A DNA stretch of 64,000 bases from Callorhinchus milii. Taxonomy: Eukaryota. Shown here piece by piece: positions 61,916 through 64,000 of the stretch; the stretch's first letter is position 1, and every line of letters begins with the position of its first letter. The stretch is taken from positions 101,310,001 through 101,374,000 of the forward strand of contig NW_024704743.1 of assembly GCF_018977255.1 (NCBI RefSeq), written 5' to 3'. The position numbers were made by a program, and so were the translations under genes. The notes under the pieces are model-generated. The model ran no database searches. It was given only the letters and a program-made list of their open reading frames with translations, and was not told the origin of the DNA.

Positions 61916-64000
61916 TGTCGGTTTTACTTATTAATCCGTGAAGCTCAGGGACTCTGGGCTCTTGTCTTTGATGCCTCAAAAGGTGACCTGGATTTTACCT
62001 CTGAGAAAAGCCCTGAAACCCGGTGATTCCCACTGTGTTTAGAAGATCCCTTTTCGCCAGCGGACTGCAAGTCAATCTTTTATTTCGTTTTATTCCAAAA
62101 TTATTTTTGTCCCACCACCACCACTCCCCCCCCACCACCACGAATGACAAAACGTGGACTTTTTTTTAGTCAAAGCTGTCGCAGATCTGACATGAAGGTC
62201 CGACTAATTTGTTTGATTTAATTTACACCACTTCCCATGTGTGTGGTGGGTGTAGTGAATCCCGGGAGGAAATTCTCACTTACTTTTATTTTTGGTTCAA
62301 TCCCTGGAAAGTAATTGGGAAGGAGTCGGGCTTCTGACGCCGAGACAACCCTGACTTGACGATTATAACCGATGCAAATGGCTAACAAACTAATGGTACA
62401 GAATACAGTATTAAAATGCATTGACCCCCCCACCCCCCACACACTTTTTTTTAAAAAAAACTTAGCAAACGGCAGCAAAGTTTAACAAAAAAAAAGTCTC
62501 CCTCGCCGGAGTGGACGCGAGGATTTTGCTAAACTGATAACAGAATTAAAACAAGCCTCGTTAAATTAAAGCAAGTTTGCAAAACCAACCCCAGGGAGAT
62601 CGGATTTATTGTTTTCGGTGCTCGTCCTAATAGGTGACGAATTTTAGTGCTGGTATTTGTGAACGTTTAACAGAAAAATCGATCACGTTCGGTGGGATAT
62701 TCCAACCAAAGAACGGAGATAGCTGAAAATGTTGCTTTTGAAGGCAGGATTGCTGTGCTGGGAGCTGGAAATCAAGATAACGAAGGGATATAAGAGGTTT
62801 ATGAAAACCGTCCTAACGTGATATGTTTCTCTCGGTGTGTGGAAATATTGCTGCACCGACATATGATGCGTTTGACTTACAAGAATGAATCAGAGCACAG
62901 AAATGCAGAGGGCACCAGCTGAGACACACATTTTGGGGGGGAAAAATCTTTACCATTTTAGATTTCGACTCATTTTTGGCCGCAGTCCTCTGCAGCCGCC
63001 GATGGTGGCTGGTTTTACACAAATGTTTACAAATGTTGCTGGTGAAATAAATGGGTAATCCAGTTAAACAGGAGCCTTATCTTGTTCGCGTCTCTTAAAG
63101 CAGTTACCTTCAGTGACGCGGGGTTGTTTTTAATGGTTGCTTTTATTTCACTCCCGAAATGTGCAAACTGTCTTGTGTCTACTCCAGTTGGAGGATAGTG
63201 CAATCCAGTGGTTTCTGGCTAACACCCTGAAGATTGATGAAGGAAACCTTACTGCAGAACTCCACACCTGACCTCAGGGCAGCCAAGTTATTTTAACTTT
63301 GCAACCAACACCCCCCCTCACCACCACCACCACCACCAACCCCCTCCCCGGGTGATGCGCCAGTTCATCTTTTTACAAGACCATAGAAGCAAAGCCGTAG
63401 AGAAAACTAACGGAAGGTTAGTACAGTGTGTGGCGCTGACGCTGTTTAACGTGTACGATTGCACAGTGTAATTTATAGTGTGTGTTGGGGGGTGAGGGGC
63501 GCTTTATCGTTTAGTTCAAACCGGTTACGATTAAATGATCCAATAAAGAAAGCAGGTGGATGTGAGATTCGCTACTGAATATATTTGTAAAATTATCCTT
63601 AGTTCTATTTCCACTGTCCCCCCCCCCCCCCCAACGCAAGGTCTACACATATGTTGGGGGTCTACATCACACGTCTCTCCTTGTAGGTAGATTGACTAAC
63701 AAAACAAGTTACTTTTAAGTTAACCTTCAGTGTGGAGGGTGCCGCTGTCTATAACATATTCGTTGCTTTTCTGTCTGCCTCACACTTTGATTCCCTTTCA
63801 TTCCCTTTTTTTTCGGTGGTGGTGGAGGGGGGGGGGGGCTCTGTACCTATCAGCGGGAAGTGCAGATGTTTAGTGGGGCGGGTGGGATGATATCCACTGC
63901 AGAGTCTGTCTGGCAGGGAGCAGTGTGTGAGGATGGGAGCGGTGCTGGATGTCAGGGCTGGCGCCCCTGTAGAGGCGCTGCATCGTGTTTAGTCAGCACT

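Larger units (their letters stand above)
60900..64000. promoter_or_regulatory. CpG-retaining promoter-proximal region
   Basis: Visibly higher CpG density than the first 56 kb and no SINE or LINE copies. GC box GGGGCGGG 63875-63882, CTCF-like ccctgtagaggcgctg 63965-63980. Confidence 0.6.

Overview
This is AT-rich vertebrate genomic DNA, most likely from a cartilaginous fish. The SINE, L2, CR1 and Penelope repertoire resembles a chimaera such as Callorhinchus, which is an inference from repeat types only. I recognise no host protein-coding gene, and almost all six-frame ORFs are spurious or decayed L2-LINE ORF2 pieces. Bases 1 to ~56,000 are dense in repeats: two tRNA-headed SINE families with a Deu-like domain and an L2-type tail, 5'-truncated L2 LINEs, CR1 3' tails and MITEs. 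Several Penelope-like terminal-repeat remnants also occur; they carry a minimal type-I hammerhead ribozyme motif and some have 10-14 bp target-site duplications (TSDs). A decayed 28S rRNA domain V fragment (16254-17011) is split by one of these insertions. From ~56,400 to 64,000 the sequence is CpG-retaining and nearly free of transposons, as expected next to a promoter of a gene outside or at the edge of the window. A few well-formed splice-site pairs on both strands suggest unannotated spliced transcripts, at low confidence. Repeat family names come from pattern recognition and not a database search. Boundaries are approximate unless a TSD is quoted.
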